Part shown: in pieces, positions 11,577 to 23,577 of the stretch
Numbering within the stretch: the stretch's first letter is position 1
Layout: each line of letters opens with the position of its first letter
Assembly (NCBI RefSeq): GCF_000281045.1
Contig: NW_008246073.1
Coordinates: 249,495-292,984, forward strand
DNA: 43,490 nt
Reading direction: 5' to 3'
Source: Saprolegnia diclina VS20
Taxonomy: Eukaryota
Program-made: the position numbers and the translations under genes
Notes under the pieces: model-generated
What the model saw: the letters and a program-made list of their open reading frames with translations, nothing else
The model's database searches: none
What the model was told of the DNA's origin: nothing

Positions 11577-12506
11577 TTAAAAGGTAAAGAGCATGGTAGG
11601 CGTGTACCCGAGCTCCTCGAGCGCCGGCATGACGGCAAACTTGAGCATCGGCGGCGGGCCGCACATGAAGATCTGCGTGTGCGGGCCCGGCGCCGGCATG
11701 TGCGCGGCGAGCATCTCCTTGTTGACAAAGCCGCTCGAGAACGCCCAGTTGTCCGTAGGGCGATCGACCGTGTACCAGACCTTGACGTTCGGGTAGTTGC
11801 GCGTCATCGCGTCGAGCTCATCACGGAGCAAAATGTCGTCTTCGGTCTGGTTGGCAAACAAAATGTGAAACTCGGTCGTCTCGGTCGGGTCGCGGAGCGC
11901 GTAGCGGATGACCTGGAGCATCGGTGTGATGCCGGTGCCGCCCGCAATCATGCCAATCTTGTTCGCCTTGCGCACCTCGATGGTCGTGTCCTTGACGCGG
12001 TGCTTGAAGTGGCACTCGCCCTTGCCAACATACGTGAGCTTGCCCTTGGGGCCAGAGACCTCGATGCGGTCGCCGATCGCCATGTTGTCGAGGTACTGCG
12101 ACATCTTGCCGCCGTCCGGGAACTTGGGGTGCACGTTCTTGAAGTAGACCTTGACGACGAGGTCGACGTAGCCCTTGACGTCGTCCGAGCTCACGGGCGT
12201 GTACGAGCGGAGCACGAGCTTGCCCTCGGCATCCGTGTAGCGCAGCGAGATGTGCTGGCCGACCGGAAGGCCGAGCACGTGCTCGGGCGACGGCAACGCA
12301 AGGCGGAAGCGGCGCGTGTCGGCCGAGAGCTCCTCCTTCTCGACGAGCTCGAGCATGACCGTCGCGTCCGGCTGGAGCGTCACAAGCTTGGCCTTCTGCG
12401 CCGCCTGGTACCGCTTATAGAGCACGTCGAGCACCTTGGTGAGCACGATCGTCACCATGACGAGGAGGATCGCATTGCGCGTCGCGTCGCTGCTGCCGTC
12501 GGCCAT
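11577..12506 (-). CDS. CYB5R: NADH-cytochrome b5 reductase, intronless, N-terminal membrane anchor
   Basis: LGLPVGQHI, RSYTPVSSD (RxY[TS] FAD motif), FPDGGKMSQYL, GMIAGGTGITPMLQ, MCGPPPM, C-terminal F. Start ATG 12506 (MADGSS). Confidence 0.97.
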   Translation of the reverse strand: MADGSSDATRNAILLVMVTIVLTKVLDVLYKRYQAAQKAKLVTLQPDATVMLELVEKEELSADTRRFRLALPSPEHVLGLPVGQHISLRYTDAEGKLVLRSYTPVSSDDVKGYVDLVVKVYFKNVHPKFPDGGKMSQYLDNMAIGDRIEVSGPKGKLTYVGKGECHFKHRVKDTTIEVRKANKIGMIAGGTGITPMLQVIRYALRDPTETTEFHILFANQTEDDILLRDELDAMTRNYPNVKVWYTVDRPTDNWAFSSGFVNKEMLAAHMPAPGPHTQIFMCGPPPMLKFAVMPALEELGYTPTMLFTF

Positions 12507-13123
12507 GGCAAATCCGAAAATGGCCCACTTCAACGACTTTGCCCTTTGTTTGGTATGGTCCCCCGACCCCGGCCAGTGTGTCTTTTTCGAATAAAATGTA
12601 TTGGATGTTGAAACTGTAGGGCCTGGGTGGGGGACGGGTACAAACATTGGGATGATGCACTTTTTACAGGCCCAATCGGACCCGATGACGTCACGGCCCA
12701 GTAGCGACCAGTGGATACCACGACGTAGCGTCGACGTCGCGACGCCTCGACCATCGATGCTGTTTGATGGATCTGCATTCTTGGGCACTCGAGAAATAAC
12801 ATGCAAGGCGACGTCGGCGCATCACCGCATCAAATTTGCATACACCATGCGGGTTGCCACGGAAGATCCGTTGCTGGATTTATTTCCTTGTCAATATACC
12901 AGCGATCTACGGCGTGGGCATCAGCGGAGCAATCAACTTTACAGGTTAGTTTGCGACCACACAGCGCTATTAGTTGGCCGCAAACGCTTCTACTAGTAGT
13001 AGCTACGGGCTGTACTTTTGTCACGGGGAGGAGAACGCTCGAAAAAGACACTGCCCGAAACGACGGGGCCTTATATACGGACGATCCGTAGTCTTAAAAA
13101 GTTGGGCGTTGAAGGGTTAAGCG

Positions 13124-15256
13124 TCAGTGACTGCAACGGAACAAGCACAGACTGGGCATGGCGTCTATCGTGCAATCATGAAAGTCCCCCACACGTCGCA
13201 ATACAATTCTAGTCGAAAGGAAGACGCACCTTTGAAAGCGGCAAATTCTTTTCGAGTGAGCACGAGACCGTATGCGAGCAGTGTTTCCAAGTGCTGCAGG
13301 GCTAGTACCAGTCGTTGCCGTGGGCCGATTGGGTTTGAGAAAAGGTAGTGTACGCTGAAGATGAACAAGCGACGCGGCGTCGATGCTCGTGTTGGACACA
13401 TTCAACGTTTTGAGCTGTCGCAGCTGCGCCAAGCATTTCAAACCAGCGTCCCGCAACTCCCTATACCATTGGCAATTTCGTTCATGACAAAGTCTGGTGG
13501 TTTGGAGAGCACAACTTGTTGTGGCTCACATTGAGCTCCGTCAAGTGCGGCGCTGAGGACGCAAGCATGCCGGCACCGCGGTCCGTGAGGTAGCCGCTGC
13601 AGAGCACGAGGCGACGCAGACTCTGCAAACATGCGAGGTACTCGAGACCTCGGTCGGCGATGCTACGCGCCGAGAATCGTGTGTGCCCAAAACCCATGCA
13701 CCGCGTACCTTGCACCAAAGAGGGCCAAGCTCGTGAGCTGATGAAGCGAGCCCACGGACGACAAGCTGTGGTACGTGACGCCTTCTGTGCTCAGCACCAA
13801 GCTTGTGAGGTGCTTGAGATGGGGTAGACCTCGTGCGCCCATGTCCGAGACGTCGGTGTGCGCCACGTGGAGCTCTTCGAGGGACGTCAAGTGCTCGCAG
13901 AGGACTTGAAAAGTCGCATCGTTGAGCTTGGTGCGCGCGGCCTTGAAGTACCGCAGGCGAGAGAGCGATCGCAGGCATCGGAATGAACTACACCGATTTT
14001 GAATGAGTGCGTTGGTCATTGGCTCTGAGCGCGGACGTAGCAGTTGCCTGGCTTTGCGAGACATCGAGGGATGTGAGCGTCTCCAGCGACGCGGTGACCT
14101 ACGCAAGACAGCTGAGGGTAAGAGGGTAGGAGCCATGCAAACCGCACCGCCAACCCCGTATCGTTCACGCCCGAGGTGGACAAGTCGAGGAATGTCAAGC
14201 TAGCCCACGCGCGGTGGGGACTCTGAACAAGGCGACACTGACTAGCTTCAAACGAAACGAGCTCTGAAAGCGAGTCGAGTAGATTGACGCCGGCTTGGTC
14301 GACAGCGCGACAGCCTGAGAGCACCAAGTGCTGTAGCTGATGCGCATGGACAGCAAGCATGGCTAAGGCGCCGTTTCTAGTTTCAAGCTCAGGCTAAGTG
14401 AACCGACGATTTATTGACGAGCAAGAGTACGTGATGTTGCACAGCCCAAGGTTTAGGGAAAGGAGCGAAGCCAGGCCTGTCACGACCGCAAGCACGCCTC
14501 TGTCCGAGATACCAGAGCACTGACTCAAGTTGAGTCGTCGTAGACTCGGTGGCAAAGCAAACAAACCTGTATCGGAGATCGAGGGGCATTGGGACTAATC
14601 ACGATGAATGCCCGAGAGAGCGGGGTATCCATTTCAATTACCAGGTCCAAGTCGGTCAGTTGCGTGCACGACAAGAGGTGCCCGAGTGATTCGTTGCGCA
14701 AGAGAGCACATCCAGCGAGATGCAGCACAGACAAGTGCGTCGCATTGGAGAGTGGGTGCAGTGCCAACGGTGACATGTTCTTGCAGTGGCTCAGCTTGGC
14801 GACGCGGAGCGCAGCGAGCGGCTCGCGGCCCAGCGTCTCGACGCCAGTGCAGCGCGTCAAGTCGATGTGCATCAGCGACGCTGTAATAGAAGGCGCAAGA
14901 GCTTGCAGCCAGCCCGTGTCGACGTCAGCGCAATCGGTGAGGTCGACGCGCGTGCCCAACGGGAGCGACTCGCCAAGCCGTGCAAACAAGTCGGCCGTCA
15001 GGGCTTCGTGCGCCACGAGCCGACGCAGGAGCGCGCCAAAGAGCTCTGGCGGTAGTACCGCAGTATCCACTGAGGCTGGCGCGGAGGCCACCTCGATCGC
15101 GAGGCGGTCCAAGCAGAGCTCAACCAGTGTGGACGACCCCAACGGAAGCCGTCGGCGGTGCTGTGGCTGACTAGGATTCTTGGTGCGGCAGTGTTTGGGC
15201 GCGCGCACATCGTGGGACTCGACGACCGACTCGGTCGAGCTGCAGACAATGCCCAT
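13124..15256 (-). CDS. Leucine-rich repeat (RNI-like/Cys-containing LRR) protein, multi-exon
   Basis: Repeated LxxLxLxxCxxIxDxG units (LRRLNLSQCSGISDRGV, LTSLEELHVAHTDVSDMG, LKTLNVSNTSID). N-terminus MGIVCS, TLVELCL. Spliced C-terminus ..DAMPSLCLFRCSH-TGA. Confidence 0.8.
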
Positions 15257-15591
15257 GCGCGAGAGTGTCGAGAACGACAAGTGTAGAGGACGACGACTCG
15301 CGCCGTTTCCAGTTTTGTTCTTCGACATTGCACTTTCTACGCGAATCTAAACGCACGCCACTCAACGCGCCACGTCGCATGCGACAACAACTTTACCGTC
15401 CCCATGGCCGCAATCTCCATGCGGTCGAGTGCCCGTCGGTGCCATAAAATGTTTAGTGCTCCCTTCACACCATATCCGATAGTGTCGTTGGTTCTTGGAC
15501 GTCATGAGCATCCAAATTGGCCATCGAGCGAAAGTTGGGTGGAAATAGCCCATCTGGTGCCAGTCCCATTCGCTTGTCATCATTGGCAACG

Positions 15592-16735
15592 ATGGCGGGT
15601 CCCGGGCGCACCAAGTTCATTATGATGGTGTCGTACCACGGCACAGCCTTTGTGGGCTGGCAGCGACAAGTGCGAATACTTCTTCTTGCGCTCTGGACAG
15701 GCTCATATGATGTCGTAGGCAGCGTCCGCGACGGGCGGCAAGCTCATGCTAAGCGTCCAGGACGTTATTGAGGACGCGGTCTCGACGATCTATCGTCCGC
15801 AAGGCGACCGCATCAACGTCACCTCTGTGAGCCGGACCGACTCGGGCACGCACGCTCTCCAGGTAGAGTACGCTCGTCCCAACACTTGAGTTGAATCGAT
15901 CGTGGCTAGCAATATTGCACGTTCGTTCTGGACGAGTCGCCGGCGCACGACCCTGCCGCCATGCTGCGCGAGATCAACGCCTCGTACGACCAACTTTGAT
16001 AGTGACATGGAATTGATCATCATTATTTAGACTTCCCGAAGCGGTGCTGGCGCAGACGCTGGCCATCGTGCCACCGAGTACGTTCAAGCACCGCACCAAG
16101 TCCAAGTTGAAGAAGTACGTCTACTACATCCAGCAAGGCAAGCGACCTGTCCACGAATCGTCGCCGTACTCGTGGTTCATCGGAAAGCGTCTCGACTTGC
16201 CCAAGCTGCGCGACGCCTTGAGGTTGGTGTTATCGCACGCTGACGTTGTCGCCTCAGATTTGAGTAGCCTCATTACGGGCACGCATGATTTCCGCACGTT
16301 TTCCATGGGGCTTCAGAAGGACCATTTTGTCGATATGAACACGCTCCGGACCATTGTCGAGTGCAAGGTCGTGCCGCGTCGGTACACAATCGTTTTTTGG
16401 TATTTGAGAAGACCTACCCCTTGACTAGACATGTCGACTTTTCGCTCGACTTGACGCGATCAGGCACGGGCCCCATATTGCCACAGGACCCCGACTCTCT
16501 CGACGAGAATTTCGTCGTGTGCATCGAGATTACAGGCAACGGCTTTCTTCGGCACATGGTGCGGCGCATCGTTGGCACCTTGCGCAGTGTCGGCGAAGGG
16601 CGCGCCGGTCCGGAGCTGATGACGCAAGTTCTTGACGGCCAGATCGAGCCAGGTCCGTCCGTGCCGTCGCGTGGCCTTTGGCTCCACCGCAGCTGGATGA
16701 CCCAAGCCGAGTACGAGGCTGAAAAGGCGCTGTAA
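15592..16735 (+). CDS. tRNA pseudouridine synthase, TruA/Pus1-Pus3 family, multi-exon
   Basis: VSYHGTAFVGWQRQ, SVQDVIE, SRTDSGTHA (catalytic Asp), KKYVYYI, GTHDFRTF, GNGFLRHMVRRIVGTL, GLWL. Confidence 0.92.
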
Positions 16736-16772
16736 CGTGGAACGCATTGTTCGCTGCTCTAATTGTCTCTTG

Positions 16773-18241
16773 TTAAACTTCCCAGGGTCCGAACGACGCC
16801 AGGTTGGCGTCAATGCGAGCGACTACGTCGTCGCCAAAGGACTCGATGCCGTGGTCGTCCATTTGCTTGAGCTCCTTCGTGGTCAAAATGACAATGTTGC
16901 CCGGCGAGAGAGGCTGGTCCTTGCGCCACCGCGTCATGTACGTGCGGTCGACGCCGCCGCAGCGAATGCCGCTCACGGAGCTGCGGGCCTTCCACACTTC
17001 TTGGTACAGAAAGTCCATATCATCCTACTCGATCCATGAGACATGTGTGTCAACAATATTGTCGTGTACCTTGTCGACGGCAATCTTTTGGGAAAACCCG
17101 AGGTTCTTCTCACGCTGTTGAAGCTGCTGGTAAAACTTGTTGCGTTGCTCGCGACCGAGCTTGGGCATGTTTTCGGGACTAGACAGAACAAATCAGAAGC
17201 GAGAGGACAATAGGGAGTGTACTTGATGGGAAGCCCGGCCATGTCGGTCAAGACGAAAGCCGCCATCGACTGGCCAAACATCGCCGGCATCGTGCCAAGC
17301 ACCGGGATGACGCGGATGCGCATGTTCTCGACGTTGCCAAACGCACCGGGGTCCGCGGCCTGCTCGGCATCGAGCGGCAAGAGCTTCGCAATCGTCTTTT
17401 CGCTCGAGTAGACCGTCGTGACGGTCGACGCGTCGATACCCTTCTTCTTGAGAAAGTAGCGAATCTTGGACGCCAACGGATCGCCTAGTCGTTATTTCAA
17501 GCACAATGTGTCAGCAACGCCAAATACGTACGCACAGCGTCCTGCAGCGAGCCAATGTGAATGCGCGTCGGGTCAGCCTTGCCGCCGGCGCCGGTCGCCG
17601 TGATCACCTTGAGGCCCTTCGTGCTCGCCGCGACCAAAAGAGCAGTCTTGGTCGTCACGTCATCAATGCAATCCAAGACGTACGTCGGGTTGCCTGCATA
17701 GGTTATTCGTTGTGAGCAAATATACATGCAAGTGCGACAAAGACATCGTACCCGCGAGCAGCTCGTCGGCGACGTCGGCCTCAAACATGAGAGGCACCGC
17801 CTCGACCTCGCATTGCGGCACGATTTCGTGCAAGTGCTTTTTGAGCACAGCAGCCTTGGACAAGCCAACGTCTGCGCGCGTCGCGACAGCGTGTCGGTTG
17901 AGCGACGAGAGTGTCACGTTGTCGAAGTCGATGAGGCGGAGCTTCTTGACGCCGGACCGCGCGAGCATGTGAGCAGCGTGCGACCCGACGCCGCCAAGAC
18001 CGATCACAATCACAAAGGCATCTTGAATCTTGGCAAAGCCTTCGTCGCCAAAGAACGAATTGATGCGCGAGAATTGCTCGTTGGTCAAGACCTGGCCTGA
18101 CGACGACGACGGGGCGGTCGCCGGGAGGTCGCGGGCCGACGGCTTGGTCGCTGGTGGCGATGGCGATTGCAGAAAGCGTTGGGCCGCAATGGCAGAGATC
18201 GCGCCGAGGGCGAAGAGCGCAACCGGCACTACGAGCTTCAT
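16773..18241 (-). CDS. TCD1: tRNA threonylcarbamoyladenosine dehydratase (TCD1/TCD2, TcdA; ThiF/E1-like family), multi-exon
   Basis: N-terminal hydrophobic anchor, VIGLGGVGSHAAHMLARSGV, IDFDNVTLSSLNRHAVA, YVLDCID, GAGGKADPT, VYSSEK, PVLGTMPAMFG. Confidence 0.9.
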
Positions 18242-18310
18242 GATGTGGATGACAACGAGAAGACCACGAATGACCACGCGCTATTCAATGGTGTCCTTTC
18301 GCGTATTCGG

Positions 18311-18339
18311 ATTGGCTGATGGGGTAGAGCACGACCAAT
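18311..18339. promoter_or_regulatory. Pair of oppositely oriented CCAAT boxes upstream of the TCD gene
   Basis: ATTGG 18311-18315 and CCAAT 18335-18339, about 70-100 nt upstream of ATG 18241. Similar CCAATC motifs occur upstream of several genes (about 3298, 5803, 22056, 22115, 23887). Confidence 0.45.
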
Positions 18340-18669
18340 CAGCATACGATTAGTACACCTAGGTTCATGGTCAGCTCGACGGTGCAAGGTATTCCTTAGG
18401 TCGCGCCATTGTTTTTAGAAACCATCACCACCACCATCAGCATTTTAATTATATAATACATGTACAGTCGAATAATTCGCGGCCTCGATCGTTGGCTTTC
18501 GATATGGCCACTCATGTACTAGTACCCTTGCTTTCGACCAGCAAGAGCCTGTACCGAGGTGACAGCTAAAAATCACGTTGGAAGTCTCAGCCAAGAGTTA
18601 ACAATCAGTTTATTGACCCTTGCCAAAACTATTCGATATGTCTTTAAAATATTTCACGCACTGGATAGG

Positions 18670-18674
18670 AAAAA
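18670..18674 (-). terminator. RNA Pol III terminator (T5) of the tRNA gene
   Basis: TTTTT on the minus strand, 3 nt after the discriminator base. Confidence 0.8.
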
Positions 18675-18677
18675 GTA

Positions 18678-18750
18678 TGGTCTTACCCGGACTTGAACCG
18701 GGGACCTTCTCCACGTCAAGGAGACGTGATAACCGCTACACTATAAGACC
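18678..18750 (-). tRNA. trnV-GAC: tRNA-Val, anticodon GAC
   Basis: GGTCTTA TA GTG TAGCGGTTAT CAC G TCTCC TTGACGT GGAGA AGGTC CCCGG TTCAAGT CCGGG TAAGACC A. Acceptor, anticodon and T stems pair perfectly; discriminator A; 73 nt. Confidence 0.95.
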
Positions 18751-19121
18751 TTGTATACATTGACCCACGAGAGTCACAAAATATAGAGTTGTGGTAGAGT
18801 AGTAATGATAAATCCGCTTATCTCCACTGTTTTTTGTTATCATTGACGCACTAAATCGTAATATGCACCGCAAGGGCAAGAGGGTTTTTAGCGCTTGCTT
18901 TTCATTGAGGTCCCTGCATGGGAGGTCGATCTACCTACAAGAGTGGGCTCTCCGTCTTGATACCTAATCGATGGTTTTTGCATGTTGGACGAAGTCGAAC
19001 CTGTGTCAAATGATTTATATAAGTTGTCACAGTCGATGTGTGCCTAAGGATACGAGCCTCTTGCTTTAGGCTTCTGGTGCGCGCGGATTGGACAAAAGTC
19101 CATCCAAATTCCAACGGAAAG

Positions 19122-20030
<909 letters not shown>

Positions 20031-20070
20031 GGTAGTCTACGTTCCTATGTACACGAATAATCCAGCGCCT

Positions 20071-20542
20071 CTAGTCGTGGGGCAAATGCTGCAAATGTGG
20101 CATTGTCGTTCGCAGCGCGTCTTTGGACTGCGAGCTTTCGTCGCTTGCGTCGACATGGTGGAAGCCGTGGCTCGAGTGTCGGACCGACTTCTCGAGCTGC
20201 GCGCTGCTGGGTGCGATCGCTTGCAGATGCTGCTTTCGACACACCATCGCATCGGGCTCCTACACGTACGCTCTCGGCGCACATATCTTGCCACACGGCA
20301 ATACCTTGTCCTTGACGGGCGATGGCGCCGAGAGCTTCTCGAGCTTGTACTTGGGGGGCGAAAGCTGCGGGTCAAACTAGGCGGCTTCGTCGATCCGGAG
20401 ACATGGTGGCGCGACGCACCTGCTGCAAGCGGTCGACCGTCCCCGCGCCTTGCTTGGGCTTGTACCCGAGCGGCTCCAGTTGAAGAGGTATCGCGCTCAT
20501 GCTCAACATCTTTTTGTGGCTCGTTATCGACGGCAGCTCCAT
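20071..20542 (-). CDS. Small hypothetical protein (~125 aa), 3 exons
   Basis: MELPSITSHKKM..DRLQQ|FDPQLSPPKYKLEK..KDK|EPDAM..LPHD-TAG. Two GT-AG introns of typical size keep the frame. No recognisable domain. Confidence 0.55.
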
Positions 20543-21057
20543 GGACGCATGCATCCCCAAAGCGAACTGTCATCCACTGTGCTAACAATAGGCACAGCGG
20601 TTTCGAGCCCGTCACATGCGGCGTTGCGATGACGCGCCCTTGTCCACAGATTGACCCTCGTGGAGCAACGCGCCTCTCGCCTGGACGTGTGACTTACCCG
20701 TCTCTTTATGGATCCATCGAGTCTTTTGGTCGCATTCAGTGAGCTAAAACGACGAGGTGGCTCGGGAAATGCGTGTTCTGTTCCATGCACCAAGGCTTTG
20801 CATGCAGTGTACCTCTTCGACGCAAACCAGCCAGAGACTTCAGCATCTCAAGGTGTCGCTTGACCGAGATAGCACAAGAGCACTCAACGCTCGACCCTGC
20901 TAGGGTCTAAGGCAAGCGGCAGGAGAGATTTGAGCCGTCACTGCGTCGGTCTGCTGCATTGGACGGCACATTTTTGCTGCTGGCCTAAATCCTTCATTGC
21001 TTATCTAGTCTACTAGTACTCCACTACTACAAATACAGGTCATCGTAAATGTTCTCT

Positions 21058-21942
21058 CTAGTATGCGGCGGCGGATACGGTCGTCGGCGCTTTGAACGTC
21101 TTGAAGAGCTTGTCCCAGAGACTGAAGCGCTTGGCAAAGTTGTAGTTGGGGTGCGTATGGTGCAGATCGTGGTCGTGCACGCGGAGGCAAATACTTGACG
21201 ACGACAAGAGCGGCATCTGCGGAAACGAAAAGCCTTTGATGTCGAGCCCCGAGTGGCCCGCGATCTCGACGTACGTCTTGTATGCGAGCACGAGCTGGAG
21301 CTGCGTCGGCGAGACGCTCGGGCCCAAGAGAAATGCGAGCGTCATGGGCAAAACGTTGGTCAAGACCAAGTCGACGCCGTCTTGCTCGTACGTCGAGAGC
21401 GGTGTCGGGTGCAAGTGCAAGTGGTGGCGCTTGTGCACGTGCTTGTACAAGCTCGGCACGATGTGGCAGATGTAGTGGGCGGCATAATGAAACAAGTCGA
21501 AAATGACTTCGAGCACGAGCGACTTGGGAATAAAGTACACGTACGCCTCGAGGTAGCTCCAGTAGTCTGCGTCGCTCGATGGATTGAAGTAGATGCCAAT
21601 CGACGCCGAGACCACTTCGGTGGGCACGACAATGCAAAAGATGCGCGCGAGGATGACCATGTTTTGAGCTGACGACGGCGCCGACCGCTTCTCGCCGTGG
21701 ATGACGTCCTTGAACGACGAGATCCACTGGAACCAGGCGAGGACGCCAAAGATGCGCACAACGACGCCGAGGTACCGGAGGCCGAGCACCGAGAGCAGCG
21801 ACGTCTCTGTGGCCTGCGCTGCGAGCCAGTACGTGGCGGCCGCGATCGTGCAGATGAAGCTGTTGATGACCACGTAGAACTTGATCTTGCGCAGGAGCCA
21901 GGCCATGTTGGCCCACTGCATGCACGTCGGAAGAGGCAGCAT
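21058..21942 (-). CDS. Fatty acid hydroxylase / sterol desaturase superfamily membrane di-iron enzyme, intronless
   Basis: His boxes HYAAH, HKRHH and HDLHH, plus GHSG and NFAKRFSLWDKLF. Start codon uncertain (21942 or the next Met). Confidence 0.9.
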   Translation of the reverse strand: MLPLPTCMQWANMAWLLRKIKFYVVINSFICTIAAATYWLAAQATETSLLSVLGLRYLGVVVRIFGVLAWFQWISSFKDVIHGEKRSAPSSAQNMVILARIFCIVVPTEVVSASIGIYFNPSSDADYWSYLEAYVYFIPKSLVLEVIFDLFHYAAHYICHIVPSLYKHVHKRHHLHLHPTPLSTYEQDGVDLVLTNVLPMTLAFLLGPSVSPTQLQLVLAYKTYVEIAGHSGLDIKGFSFPQMPLLSSSSICLRVHDHDLHHTHPNYNFAKRFSLWDKLFKTFKAPTTVSAAAY

Positions 21943-22596
21943 CGGGCGAGTAGTAGCGGTGGCGGCCGGCGACAGGTGGCGGCGATCTCGACGCTTCAGT
22001 TGTGCGCCAGAAGCATCCAAGTACCGAGTGGCGTGTCCGTGGGACGTTGAACGGACCAATCAGCAGCAACGTTCGAATATACCCAATGAATGATCAGGAT
22101 GTGACACGATCGCGCCAATCAAAGCGACTGCAGCGGGATGACGCGCATGGGACGGCCGGACCGCTGCTTACGGAAGCTCCCGCCTCCAGCATGACATCAC
22201 TTGCCGCCGATGATGCAAGGGCGCGCGCAGCCGTCGACACCCGCATCATTCATACAGGTATGCGATGACTACGATAGTAAACTACAATAGAGTAAGCTTT
22301 ACGTGCTCCATCGATAACCTTGGACGCTGCTGACGTTACCGGCCATCCATGCACTGGCCAACTCTACTCCACGCGGCCGTGGCCATGCAGCCAGCCTACT
22401 TGCATCATGATCGTCCTTCTGATACGCCGCTTGCACCAGCCATTTGATCGTCGAAGCGAGCTTGTATTGCATGCTTAAAGGTGCATAGTCGAGGATGAAA
22501 TACATTGGCGTGCGACGTCAACAACGTGGTCACAGCAAATGAAATGGCAGCGAATGGGCTACACGATGGCGACGGCGTCGGGCGACCCAAGCGCAT

Positions 22597-23577
22597 CTAG
22601 ACCGCTTCGAGGGCCCCGTAGTTCTTGGCCGACGCGTGTTGCTGCGCCATCGGCGTTTTTTTTTGGGCGTCTTCACTCGGTGGTTGCCAGCGCGCAATGA
22701 CGTCGGGCGTGATCATCGTGACAAAGCACCCAATGCAAAAGACGGAAATGACATGGCCGCAGAGCAGTGGCGGCGCCGTGCAGAGGAAAACGCGGAACGA
22801 ACTCCAGTCCGTGCCCGGAATAAAGTCGGCCCACATGACGTAGAGCGTGTAGAGCGGGAGGCACACGCGTGCAAAGAACCACGCAATGTACGCGACATAG
22901 AAGAGGCCAATGTATACCGCCGTCTCCTTGTACCCGAGAAGGTCGAGGATCGTCGCGAGGTTCATGGGCGGAATGCAAATCTCGACGAGGAGATACATGC
23001 TCAAAAGGTATGTGTTCATCGTGCACCCGCCGTAAAAGTTGTAGAGCACATACGGGATCCTACGCCGATAACATGAGACGGGCTATCTACAGAAGGACGT
23101 ACATGGCAATGATGTGGTGGGCAACAAACACTTTGTAGTGCTCAATCTTCCACGCGTACACGACGTACAAGTCGAAGAGAAAGTACGCGATCGCTACAGG
23201 TTCTCATATGAGCACCAGGATCAATAAGAAGAAGCTAAGACGTACAAAACGAAAAGAGACCGATCGCGAGGTCGAGGCTGTGGATCGGCATCAAGTGTGC
23301 GTCCCATTCCTGCTGGCTAAAGCTGTAGAGGAGACCGGCGCAAATGACGGTCGAGTGGATCGTCGAGTTGATCCTAGCACGCCCGTCGTGAGCGACAATA
23401 TACAAAAATCTTTGGACGCGCGTACCGAGAGCACCATTCGCCCTTCTGGACCTCGGAAAAGGCGCGGAAGACGGCCAAGTACTTGTTGGAGAGGTAGTAT
23501 GAGCCATAAAAGACTGCGACAAAGCCCACGACGCAGAGGCTCAGGACGCCGTACGTGAGGAAGACGACGCCCGCCAT
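22597..23577 (-). CDS. TLC (TRAM/LAG1/CLN8) domain membrane protein, TMEM56/TLCD4-like, multi-exon
   Basis: EWCS|RINSTIHS, SIAYFLFD, FVAHH, LLVEICIPPMN, FFARV; multiple hydrophobic segments. Confidence 0.82.

Noticed and set aside
11385..12611. 408-aa plus-strand ORF
   Set aside because: Antisense shadow of the b5 reductase, caused by GC-rich codon bias; no motifs.
18678..18750. Reading the tRNA as Asp(GTC) on the plus strand or as Ser(TGA)
   Set aside because: The A/B boxes and terminator are on the minus strand, the 5-bp stem fixes positions 34-36 as GAC, and the variable loop is short.
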